From Cereibacter sphaeroides 2.4.1 (lineage in GTDB: Bacteria > Pseudomonadota > Alphaproteobacteria > Rhodobacterales > Rhodobacteraceae): a stretch of DNA of 32,000 nucleotides. Both the position numbers and the translations under genes were made by a program. Numbering within the stretch: the stretch's first letter is position 1; the number at the start of each line of letters is the position of its first letter. The DNA is taken from assembly GCF_000012905.2 (NCBI RefSeq), contig NC_007494.2:780001-812000 (forward strand). Reading direction: 5' to 3'. This document shows positions 17,839-25,435 of the stretch, in pieces. Below the pieces are notes generated by a model. That model was not told where the DNA came from. It was given only the letters and a program-made list of their open reading frames with translations, and did not search any database.

Positions 17839-18876
17839 ATGACCCTCGCTCAACAGACCGTAGGCTTCTACGAAGGTCCGCTGCCGGAAGGGCTGCTCGA
17901 CCACATCGAGGAGCATGTGGCGGCGTTCGAGATCCCTCAGGAGCGGAGGGACGGTCTCCTGCGCATCGCCTATGGCCGCGGCCAGACCGAGATCGAGGCC
18001 GCGGGGGCGCGCCTGCGCATCGCGATCCGCGCCGGCGGCCCGGTGGAGCTCTACCAGCTTCGCGAGAGTGCGATGTATCTGCTCGACCATGTCTGCCCCG
18101 CTGCGGGCAAGGGCATCGCCTGGACGGGAACCCCCGAGACGCAGCGGCCGCCGAGCCTTCATCCCGCGACGCTCGTCGCCCGCGAGCGGCGGGGCGCGAA
18201 CTTCCTGCGCCTGACGATGGGCTGCGCGGGCACGGCGGCGCTCGATGCGGGGCCGATGCATTTCTCGCTGCTCCTGTCGCCCGAGGGCCGCGCGCCGGTC
18301 TGGCCGCGGCTCGACGGGCGCGGCCGCACCGTCTGGCCCGAGGGCGAGGAGGCGCTGCACCGCGCGGCCTACACGTTCGTCGCGCTGGAGCCGGAGGCGA
18401 ACCGCTTCACCTTCGACCTCTTCCTGCATGAAGGAAGCCGGGCGAGCGCCTGGGCGCTCTCGGCCCCGCTCGGCACGAAGGTGGCGGTGATGGGACCGGG
18501 CGGCGGCGATCTTCCGGACGCGGGCGAGATCCTCCTTGCGGGCGACGAGACGGCGCTGCCCGCGATCCGGCGCATCCTCGAGACCTCCGCCGCCGACCGG
18601 CGCGGCCGGGTGCTGATCGAGATCGGCGACGACGGTGACCGCATGCCCCTCCGCGCGCCCGAGCAGGTCGAGGTGACATGGCTCCGGCGCCACGCGGGAG
18701 AGACGCTGCTTGCAGCGCTGAGGGCGGTCGATCTCGATCCCGATGCGCCGCCCCCCTACCTCTGGGTGGCGGCGGAGCAGGCGACCGTGCGGGAGGCACG
18801 CGCCCATTTCCGGCGCGACCCGCGGGTGGCGTCGATGCGCCCCTATTTCTCGACCTACTGGCGTCGAGAGGGATGA
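17839..18876 (+). CDS. Siderophore-interacting protein (SIP/ViuB-type flavin reductase) with an extra ~100-aa N-terminal domain
   Basis: GAGGAG lies 6 nt before ATG 17839. Family signature: LLAGDETALPAIRRILE. FAD-binding barrel region: ANFLRLTM...MHFSLLL. The N-terminal ~100 aa (…RLRIAIRAGGPVELYQLRESAMYLLDHV…IAWTG) resemble a DUF2218-type module. Confidence 0.8.
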   Translation: MTLAQQTVGFYEGPLPEGLLDHIEEHVAAFEIPQERRDGLLRIAYGRGQTEIEAAGARLRIAIRAGGPVELYQLRESAMYLLDHVCPAAGKGIAWTGTPETQRPPSLHPATLVARERRGANFLRLTMGCAGTAALDAGPMHFSLLLSPEGRAPVWPRLDGRGRTVWPEGEEALHRAAYTFVALEPEANRFTFDLFLHEGSRASAWALSAPLGTKVAVMGPGGGDLPDAGEILLAGDETALPAIRRILETSAADRRGRVLIEIGDDGDRMPLRAPEQVEVTWLRRHAGETLLAALRAVDLDPDAPPPYLWVAAEQATVREARAHFRRDPRVASMRPYFSTYWRREG

Positions 18877-19190
18877 AGCCTGCGGACGGGTGACGGCACG
18901 CATCGAAACGAGGAGGCACTGTGCGAAGCTTCCGGGCCCGCATCTGATGGGCGGAAGTTCGAACGCCAGGTTGCCGAGCCGCAGGTCCGCATCGCCGTCC
19001 CAAATGGCTGCCCCGTCTTCGGCATACCTGTCACCGAGGTCGCAGGATAGGTCTGTCCGGCCAAGGGGAGGCCCGGCTGTCAGCCGATTGCCGCAACAGA
19101 GTGCCCGTCAGCGGCGCCGCGCCGCACCCAAGCCGTTACGGCCGGGCGACGCCGCTTCCCATCGTCATCCTCTGGACCCCGCCGAGGCGC

Positions 19191-20357
19191 CTAGCCCGTT
19201 GCAGTCGAGGCGAGCATCGTCGGCCGCGTGCGGACGACAGGCTCGGCCCGCTCGACATGGGCCGCCATCTCATTGAGCTGCTGAAGCCGCCGCTCATGCT
19301 CGGGCGTGGCCTCGAGCCCCAGCGTGTCGAGCACCCGCTTCCAGCGGTGGGCCCAGTCGTGACGGCGCAGCGACTGCGCGATGTTGCTGCGCCGTGCCCG
19401 CTCGACCCGGGCCGGATTGTCCTCGAGTTCGGCCAGCACCTCGCCGATGTCCCGGTCGAGCGGGATCAGCGCATCGGGCCAGTCGAAGGCCTGATGATAT
19501 TCCGGGCAATCGGGCGCACTGCCGAGGACGAGCGCACCGCCGGCCGCCCCCTCGAAATAGCGCGTCGACAGCGCCCGGTCGCCGCCGGCGAGTTCGCGCA
19601 CCGCAGACGGATCGCCCGGATCCCAGGCGAGGAAGCAGTGGCTGTGCCGGATCAGGTCGGCGTTGTAGCGCCGCACCGGCGCCCAGCCGTCGCGCATCTC
19701 CTGCCCCTTCCAGACGTCATAGACATAGACGAGGTCGCGCTCGGCGGAGAGATCGAGAAGACGCTCGTGCACCGACGCATCGCGGCGCCCGATCACCGTC
19801 ACATCGATGCCGCGCTTCGGCAGATGCGGGAACGGCGCGGTCAGCATCGTGTCGGTTGCCGTGGACAGCTGCGTGATCGGCGCGCTCGTATAGCGCGCCA
19901 GCGCTTCCTTGCTCGAGCCGTTCAGCACGAAGACATGGTCGAACCGATCCAGCAGCCGCAGCTTGTCCTTCCATTGCTCGAAGGTCGAGGACCAGCTTTC
20001 CAGAAGAAAGATCGCGGCGATCCCCGACCGGTCGCGCCACTGCCGGATCTGGTCGATCTCCTCGATCTCATAGACGAACTGGCAGGTGTAGAGGGTGAGG
20101 TCGTAGTCGAGATCGAGCGTCATCGGCTCCATCCGCGGGACGTAGTGCCCGCGCAGCTTGCGGTATTTGAGCTCCAGCCGGTCGCGCAACGGCAGGCTCA
20201 CCGCGCCCGCGCCCGGCCGGTAGAGACGGTCCTGCGGCGCGATCACCCGCCCGCCCTCGAGCCGCGAGACGACGTTCGACCATTCCCAGAGCACGCCGCT
20301 CCACGGCCGGGCATCCATGTTGTGCGTGGAAACGAGCAGCGTCCTGCGAAGGGTCAT
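19191..20357 (-). CDS. CgeB-like / group-1 glycosyltransferase-like protein (function uncertain)
   Basis: 388-aa ORF with GAGGA 8 nt upstream of ATG 20357. The C-terminal part (STRYFEGAAGGALVLGSAPDCPEYHQAF...LIPL...EDNPARVERARRSNIAQSLRRHDWAHRWKRVLD) matches the C-terminal glycosyltransferase-1-like module seen in CgeB-type proteins. The N-terminal half is unassigned. Confidence 0.6.
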   Translation of the reverse strand: MTLRRTLLVSTHNMDARPWSGVLWEWSNVVSRLEGGRVIAPQDRLYRPGAGAVSLPLRDRLELKYRKLRGHYVPRMEPMTLDLDYDLTLYTCQFVYEIEEIDQIRQWRDRSGIAAIFLLESWSSTFEQWKDKLRLLDRFDHVFVLNGSSKEALARYTSAPITQLSTATDTMLTAPFPHLPKRGIDVTVIGRRDASVHERLLDLSAERDLVYVYDVWKGQEMRDGWAPVRRYNADLIRHSHCFLAWDPGDPSAVRELAGGDRALSTRYFEGAAGGALVLGSAPDCPEYHQAFDWPDALIPLDRDIGEVLAELEDNPARVERARRSNIAQSLRRHDWAHRWKRVLDTLGLEATPEHERRLQQLNEMAAHVERAEPVVRTRPTMLASTATG

Positions 20358-20594
20358 GCCGAAAATCCTCGAACGATCAGTTTGCGTGCGGCACCCGACG
20401 GTGCGCTTGCCAATGAAAAGATAAAAGATGGGTCAAGGATGCCGATCCGGCTCCGTCTTTCAAGGCACCAATCGCGAAAAGGCCATAAAACCTGCGCCGC
20501 CACACGTCAGGGTTGCACTCGTCACCCGCACAGGAGGAGTGGGCGCTTCCTGAACGTGCATCGTCCCCCGGCAGACCGTCGGTGGCGTCTCTGC

Positions 20595-21218
20595 TCAGAC
20601 CGCAAGACCCAGCCTCGCCCGGAACCTCGCCATCTCGCGCGGCTCGGGGCGCACGCCGGTGTAGATCTCGACATAGTTCGGAATGCGCGCGAGCCGCGTC
20701 TCCAGCGTCTCCTCCGCCCGCATCGAGATATAGCCGATCTGCACCAGATAGACGGTCCGCGCCCGCACATCCGCCTCCTGCGGATCGTGCCCCCACCGCG
20801 CGAGCATGTCGGTCAGCGCCGCCAGCCGCTCGGCATCCGCCGCCTCGACGGCCGCAGCCATGGCGGGATCCTGCAGGCCCCAGCTGCGGGCCGCGAATTC
20901 GAAGCGCGCATCGAACCGACCCGAGAGGAAGCAGGCCAGCACATTCAGCATCGCTTCGGCCCGGCTCTCCGCATATTCGGCAGAGGCCGCCACGAGGGGC
21001 GCGGTCGTCGTCCCGGCCCACTGGCTGCGCAGCGCATCCAGCACGTCGGCCCGGTCCTTGAAGAACCAGTAGAAGCTGGTGCGGGAGAGCTTCAGCCGCG
21101 CGGCGAGGGTCATGATCTTGACCGATTCCACGCCGCCCTCGATCAGCGCCTCGTAGGCCGCCTGAAGCCAGCCTTCGCGCGACCCGCGCCACCCCGTCTC
21201 GGAATCCCGTTCCTCCAT
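20595..21218 (-). CDS. TetR/AcrR-family transcriptional regulator
   Basis: N-terminal HTH: VKIMTLAARLKLSRTSFYWFFKDRADVL. Helical C-terminal ligand domain. Divergent from the flavoenzyme gene. Confidence 0.85.
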   Translation of the reverse strand: MEERDSETGWRGSREGWLQAAYEALIEGGVESVKIMTLAARLKLSRTSFYWFFKDRADVLDALRSQWAGTTTAPLVAASAEYAESRAEAMLNVLACFLSGRFDARFEFAARSWGLQDPAMAAAVEAADAERLAALTDMLARWGHDPQEADVRARTVYLVQIGYISMRAEETLETRLARIPNYVEIYTGVRPEPREMARFRARLGLAV

Positions 21219-21356
21219 GTCCCGTGCTTAGGCGGGCGACAGCCGGCAGGCAAGCGAATGTTCGCCACAGATCATCCATTGGTCACTGCCGAACCTTTAA
21301 TTGACACAACTGAACATTTTGGCAGATGATGCATCCGTCCCGCCAAGGAGTCTCCC

Positions 21357-23393
21357 ATGTCGAACGACCCCCTCCTCCAGCCCTACCGGCTCAAGCATCT
21401 CACGCTGCGCAACCGCATCCTCATCACCAGCCACGAGCCCGCCTATCCCGAGGACGGGATGCCGAAGGACCGCTATCGCGCCTATCATGTCGAGCGGGCG
21501 AAGGCGGGCGTGGCCCTGACCATGACGGCGGGATCGGCCAGCGTCTCGCGCGACAGTCCGCCCGTCTTCAACAACGTCCTGGTCTGGAAGGACGAGGTGG
21601 TCGGCTGGATGAAAAAGCTTGCCGACGAATGCCACGACCATGGCGCGGCGGTGATGATCCAGCTCACCCATCTCGGGCGGCGCACGCGGTGGGACAAGGG
21701 CGACTGGCTTCCGGTGGTGGCGCCGAGCCACGAGCGCGAGGCGGCCCACCGCGCCTTCCCCAAGCGGATGGAGGAGTGGGACATCGCCCGCATCGTGGGC
21801 GACTTCGCCGACGCGGCCGAGCGGATGAAGGCGGCGGGCCTCGACGGGATCGAGCTCGAAGCCTACGGCCACCTGCTCGAGCAGTTCTGGTCGCCTCTGA
21901 CCAACGATCTCGAGGCGCCGTGGGGTGGCAGCCTCGAGAACCGGTTGCGCTTCACCTTCGAGGTGCTCGGCGCGATCCGCAGGCGCGTAGGGCCCGATTT
22001 CATCGTGGGCGTCCGCTACACGGGCGATCAGGATCTGGCGGGGGGGATGGGCCCGGCCGAGGGGCTCGAGGTCTCGCGCCGGCTGAAGGAGAGCGGGTTG
22101 ATCGATTTCCTGAACGTCGTGAAGGGACATATCGACACCGACCCCGGCCTTACCGACCTGATCCCGATCCAGGGGATGCGCAGCGCGCCCCATCTCGATT
22201 TCGCGGGCGAGATCCGCGCCGCCACCGGTTTCCCCACCTTCCATGCGGCGCGCATTCCCGACGTGGCAACCGCGCGCCACGCCATTGCCAGCGGCAAGCT
22301 CGACATGGTGGGCATGACGCGCGCCCACCTGGCCGACCCGCATCTCGTGCGCAAGATCGTCGAAGGCCGCGAAGACGACATCCGCCCCTGCGTCGGCGCG
22401 AACTACTGCCTCGACCGGATCTATCAGGGCGGCATGGCGCTCTGCCTGCACAACCCCTCCAGCGGGCGCGAGATCGAGCAGCCCCACGAGATCGCCCCTG
22501 CCCCGGTAAAAAAACGTATCACCGTGGTGGGCGCCGGCCCGGCCGGCCTCGAGGCCGCGCGCGTGGCCGGCAGCCGGGGACATGCGGTGACGGTGTTCGA
22601 AGCGGCGTCCGAGGCCGGCGGTCAGCTGCGGCTCGCCGCGCGGCAGGAGCGACGGCGCGAGATGATGTCCATAGTGGGCTGGCGTCTCGACCAGTGCGGC
22701 AAGCTGGGGGTGAAATTTCATTTCAACAGCTTCGCCGAGGCCGAGGCGGTGCTTGCGACAGAGCCCGATGCGGTCATCGTGGCCACCGGGGGCCTGCCGC
22801 ATACCGAGGTGCTGGAAGAGGGCAACGACCTCGTCTGCTCGGCCTGGGACATCCTCTCGGGCGATGTGAAACCGGGTGCCAGCGCCCTCGTCTTCGACGA
22901 TGCGGGCGATCATGCGGGGCTTCAGGCGGCCGACCTCATAGCCGCGACCGGAGCCGCGGTCGAGGTCGTGACACCCGACCGCAGCTTCGCACCCGAGGTG
23001 ATGGCGATGAACCTCGTGCCCTACATGCGCAGCCTGCAGGCGCGCGACGCAACCTTCACCGTGACATGGCGCCTCAAGTCGGTCCGGCGCGAAGGCAACC
23101 GCCTGCGCGCGGTGCTGGGCAGCGACTACGGCCCCATGCTGCGGGACCGGCTGGTCGATCAGGTGGTGGTCAACCACGGCACGCGGCCGCTCGACGATCT
23201 CTATTTCGAGCTGAAGCCGCTCTCGTCGAACCTGGGCGAGGTAGATTACGACGCCCTTGCCACGGGGGGCTCGCAGGAGCGGCTGATCAATCCCGAGGGC
23301 CGCTTCCGCCTCTACCGGATCGGAGACGCGGTGGCTGCGCGCAACACCCACGCCGCGATCTATGACGCGCTGCGGCTGGTGCGCGACCTCTGA
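21357..23393 (+). CDS. Two-domain flavoenzyme: OYE-like FMN TIM barrel fused to an FAD/NAD(P)-binding domain (2,4-dienoyl-CoA reductase / N-methylproline demethylase-like)
   Basis: AAGGAG lies 6 nt before ATG 21357. N-terminal: LKHLTLRNRILITSHEP...HLGRR. Cys cluster: RPCVGANYCLDRIYQGGMALCLHNP. Rossmann motif: VVGAGPAGLEAARVAGSRGHAVTVFEA. Two other long ORFs on this span are alternative-frame artefacts. Confidence 0.85.
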   Translation: MSNDPLLQPYRLKHLTLRNRILITSHEPAYPEDGMPKDRYRAYHVERAKAGVALTMTAGSASVSRDSPPVFNNVLVWKDEVVGWMKKLADECHDHGAAVMIQLTHLGRRTRWDKGDWLPVVAPSHEREAAHRAFPKRMEEWDIARIVGDFADAAERMKAAGLDGIELEAYGHLLEQFWSPLTNDLEAPWGGSLENRLRFTFEVLGAIRRRVGPDFIVGVRYTGDQDLAGGMGPAEGLEVSRRLKESGLIDFLNVVKGHIDTDPGLTDLIPIQGMRSAPHLDFAGEIRAATGFPTFHAARIPDVATARHAIASGKLDMVGMTRAHLADPHLVRKIVEGREDDIRPCVGANYCLDRIYQGGMALCLHNPSSGREIEQPHEIAPAPVKKRITVVGAGPAGLEAARVAGSRGHAVTVFEAASEAGGQLRLAARQERRREMMSIVGWRLDQCGKLGVKFHFNSFAEAEAVLATEPDAVIVATGGLPHTEVLEEGNDLVCSAWDILSGDVKPGASALVFDDAGDHAGLQAADLIAATGAAVEVVTPDRSFAPEVMAMNLVPYMRSLQARDATFTVTWRLKSVRREGNRLRAVLGSDYGPMLRDRLVDQVVVNHGTRPLDDLYFELKPLSSNLGEVDYDALATGGSQERLINPEGRFRLYRIGDAVAARNTHAAIYDALRLVRDL

Positions 23394-23404
23394 CGGCCGC
23401 AGGC

Positions 23405-23423
23405 AGGCCCCGAGACGGGGCCT
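23405..23423. terminator. Hairpin between convergent genes
   Basis: AGGCCCCG-aga-CGGGGCCT, an 8-bp stem, lies 12 nt after the TGA at 23391-23393 and 30 nt from the convergent stop at 23454. Confidence 0.45.
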
Positions 23424-23453
23424 CCGCAGGTCCCTCGGGGGCCGCGCCTCGGG

Positions 23454-23711
23454 TCACTGCAGGAGCCGCGATCCGAAATCGATCAGCACGCCGAGGGCGG
23501 CGAAGGGCAGCGTGAGGAAAAGCGCAATCCAGAGCCCGCCCATGGCCGTCGGCCGCGAAGCCGGCGCATGGATGCCGCGGACCACGCCCGACCCGGCCCC
23601 GGTGGTGGCCGCGCGTCCGCCAGATGCCCCATCGCGCGGCGCGCCCCCCGCCCGCGCCCGCTCCGGTCCTCGCAGATCCGCCCCCGTCGCCTCGTCTCGC
23701 CCCCGCTTCAT
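23454..23711 (-). CDS. Small hypothetical protein (85 aa) with one C-terminal transmembrane helix
   Basis: GGGGAGGGG lies 4 nt upstream of ATG 23711. An Arg/Gly/Ala-rich N-terminus is followed by GLWIALFLTLPFAALGVLIDF. Third codon positions are mostly G/C. No recognisable family. Confidence 0.35.
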   Translation of the reverse strand: MKRGRDEATGADLRGPERARAGGAPRDGASGGRAATTGAGSGVVRGIHAPASRPTAMGGLWIALFLTLPFAALGVLIDFGSRLLQ

Positions 23712-23878
23712 AAGCCCCTCCCCGTATCCCCAGCTTGTCGCACCGCCCGGCGTCGCATTCGCCAGCAAAGCCACGACGGCGTTTACCCCCCATTAGTTGC
23801 CGTGTGGTTAAAGGCGGAATGCGTTGCTGCTGGACCCTCTGCGACATCCCGCGTCCGCCCGAAGGGGCCGGCCTGCCC

Positions 23879-24805
23879 ATGCAGCAGCATCCCTCCTACG
23901 GCCGGGCCTGCGGCAGCCTCGGGGCCGAGGCTCTCTGGCTCGAATGGCGCGAGGGGCGCCGGACGCTCGGCACGGCGCAGGTTCTCGCCCGGCAGCTGCC
24001 GGTCGTCGGACGCGTGGCGCTTCTGTCGCGGGGGCCGGTCTGGAGGCCGGACACCCCGCGCGCGCGGTCGGAGACGGCCATGGCGGAGCTTCTGTCGGCG
24101 CTCGGCCAAGGGCACCGCGCCGTCCTCTTCACGCCTGAGGCCGAGGATGGCAGCCCCGTCTTACACGGCGGCATGATCCCGGTGATGACGGCCGCTCATG
24201 TGGCCCGGCTCGCGCTGGCGCCTGAGCTGTCGACGCTGCGGGCGGGACTGGCGCCGGCCTGGCGGAACAAGCTGGCGCAGGCAGAGCGCACGGGGCTCCG
24301 GGTGACGGAGACGAGCCTGCCCGACAACCCGGGACACTGGCTGCTCGGGGCCGAGGCGGCACAGGCGCAGGCGCGGGGCTATGCGCGCCTGCCGCCGGCC
24401 TTCGCCCGCGCCTGGGCGCGAAGCGGCCGGACGCTGCTCCTTGCCGCCGAGGGGGACCGCGGGCCGCTGGCGGGTATCCTGATCCTGATCCATCCCCCCT
24501 GGGCCACCTACCACCTCGCCTGGACATCGCCAGCCGGGCGCAGGCTCCATGCGCACACTCTGCTGCTCTGGAGGGCGATCGAGCGGCTGAAGGAGATGGG
24601 GATCCTGGCGCTGGAGCTGGGCCTGCTCGACACGGAGCGGACGGAAGGCATCGCGCGGTTCAAGCTCGGAACCGGAGCGGCAGCCTGTCCGCTCGGGGCG
24701 ACCTGGCTCCGCGCGCCGGGCACGGGCTCTGTGGCCCGGATTGCGCGGCTCGGGCTCCGCGCGGGCGTCGTGCCGCAGACCGCGAGACCGTCCGCGCGAG
24801 GCTGA
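23879..24805 (+). CDS. FemAB-like (tandem GNAT fold) acyl/aminoacyl-transferase family protein
   Basis: Starts MQQHPSYGRACGSLGAEALWLEW, continues ...AVLFTPE.... Conserved C-terminal block: WATYHLAWTSPAGRRLHAHTLLLWRAIERLKEMGILALELG. An alternative in-frame ATG at 23819 is preceded by AAAGG. Confidence 0.6.
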   Translation: MQQHPSYGRACGSLGAEALWLEWREGRRTLGTAQVLARQLPVVGRVALLSRGPVWRPDTPRARSETAMAELLSALGQGHRAVLFTPEAEDGSPVLHGGMIPVMTAAHVARLALAPELSTLRAGLAPAWRNKLAQAERTGLRVTETSLPDNPGHWLLGAEAAQAQARGYARLPPAFARAWARSGRTLLLAAEGDRGPLAGILILIHPPWATYHLAWTSPAGRRLHAHTLLLWRAIERLKEMGILALELGLLDTERTEGIARFKLGTGAAACPLGATWLRAPGTGSVARIARLGLRAGVVPQTARPSARG

Positions 24806-25435
24806 CGGGCTCCGGGCCGCGCCCGGAGGGTCCGGCGCAAGCCTGCGCGGACGCGGCGTCCCGCTCAGGTTCGCGCTCACGACCGGCGTACGGCGGCCGG
24901 GAAGCGCGACCTTCGGAAGCCCTCTGCACGATGCTGCTCCGGTCAGGCGCCAGCACGACGCCGGAGCGGTCCTCCGCCTTGCCCGGCACAGGAGGGGCCG
25001 TCACCCCCTCCGGGGCACCATCGCGTCCGCCTCGCTCCACGGCGCCGGACAGGTCCACTTCACGCCTGTCGGGAAGAGACCGTGCCGGCCGCAGGAGGCG
25101 GCCCGAGCCCGAACCGCCATCGGCTTCCGGCCCCTGCCGTCCGATGGCCGGATCCGCGACAGGAGAAGCCGCAGGCGGCCGACCTGATCCGCTGCGCCCC
25201 ACACCCGCCATCTGCACATTTTCGGTAACGGGCGCGAGTCGGGCCTCTCCCACCTCAACCTCAGGGTTTGTCCGCGGATTGAGGCGATCACCCACCAAGC
25301 TCATGTAATTACTTCTTTTTTTTACCAGATGCTCAAAAGACGGGCCTTCCAGCGCCTTACCTTTTGCGCAACTTGAGAATGGGACGGCAGCACGGTCTCC
25401 TCGCGCCGCAATCGGCTGCCCAGCGAAATGAGAAG

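Noticed and set aside
17432-17842. 136-aa plus-strand ORF (TTG start) and other 75-100-aa ORFs in the spacer upstream of the SIP gene
   Set aside because: The products are extremely Arg/Pro/Ala-rich. There is no RBS-start geometry. The ORFs overlap the repeat-like sequence and are most likely non-coding.
15955-18903. 982-aa minus-strand ORF spanning the ATPase gene, the 730-bp spacer and the SIP gene
   Set aside because: The ORF crosses two well-supported plus-strand genes and an intergenic repeat region. Its product is Arg/Ala/Pro-rich nonsense.
18940-18975. GTTCGAA (T-loop-like) sequence suggesting a tRNA or tRNA fragment
   Set aside because: The flanking stem is only 4 bp with a 10-nt loop. 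I could not build an acceptor, D or anticodon arm around it.
18855-19064. 69-aa minus-strand ORF in the SIP/glycosyltransferase gap
   Set aside because: It has no RBS and overlaps the SIP gene's 3' end. Its composition is non-descript. I kept the region only as a possible gene-remnant finding.
19101-21329. 742-aa plus-strand ORF opposite the glycosyltransferase-like and TetR genes
   Set aside because: The ORF spans two minus-strand genes and their intergenic region. It has no motifs.
21297-23365. 684-aa minus-strand and 679-aa plus-strand (frame +2) ORFs overlapping the flavoenzyme gene
   Set aside because: These are alternative-frame and antisense artefacts. Only the 21357 frame has an RBS, OYE-like motifs and a Rossmann motif.
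23287-23880. 197-aa minus-strand ORF and 144-aa / 202-aa plus-strand ORFs in the 23.3-24.2 kb region
   Set aside because: These ORFs overlap better-supported genes, encode Arg/Pro/Gly-rich products and lack RBS context. I kept only the 85-aa TM-containing ORF (23454-23711), at low confidence.
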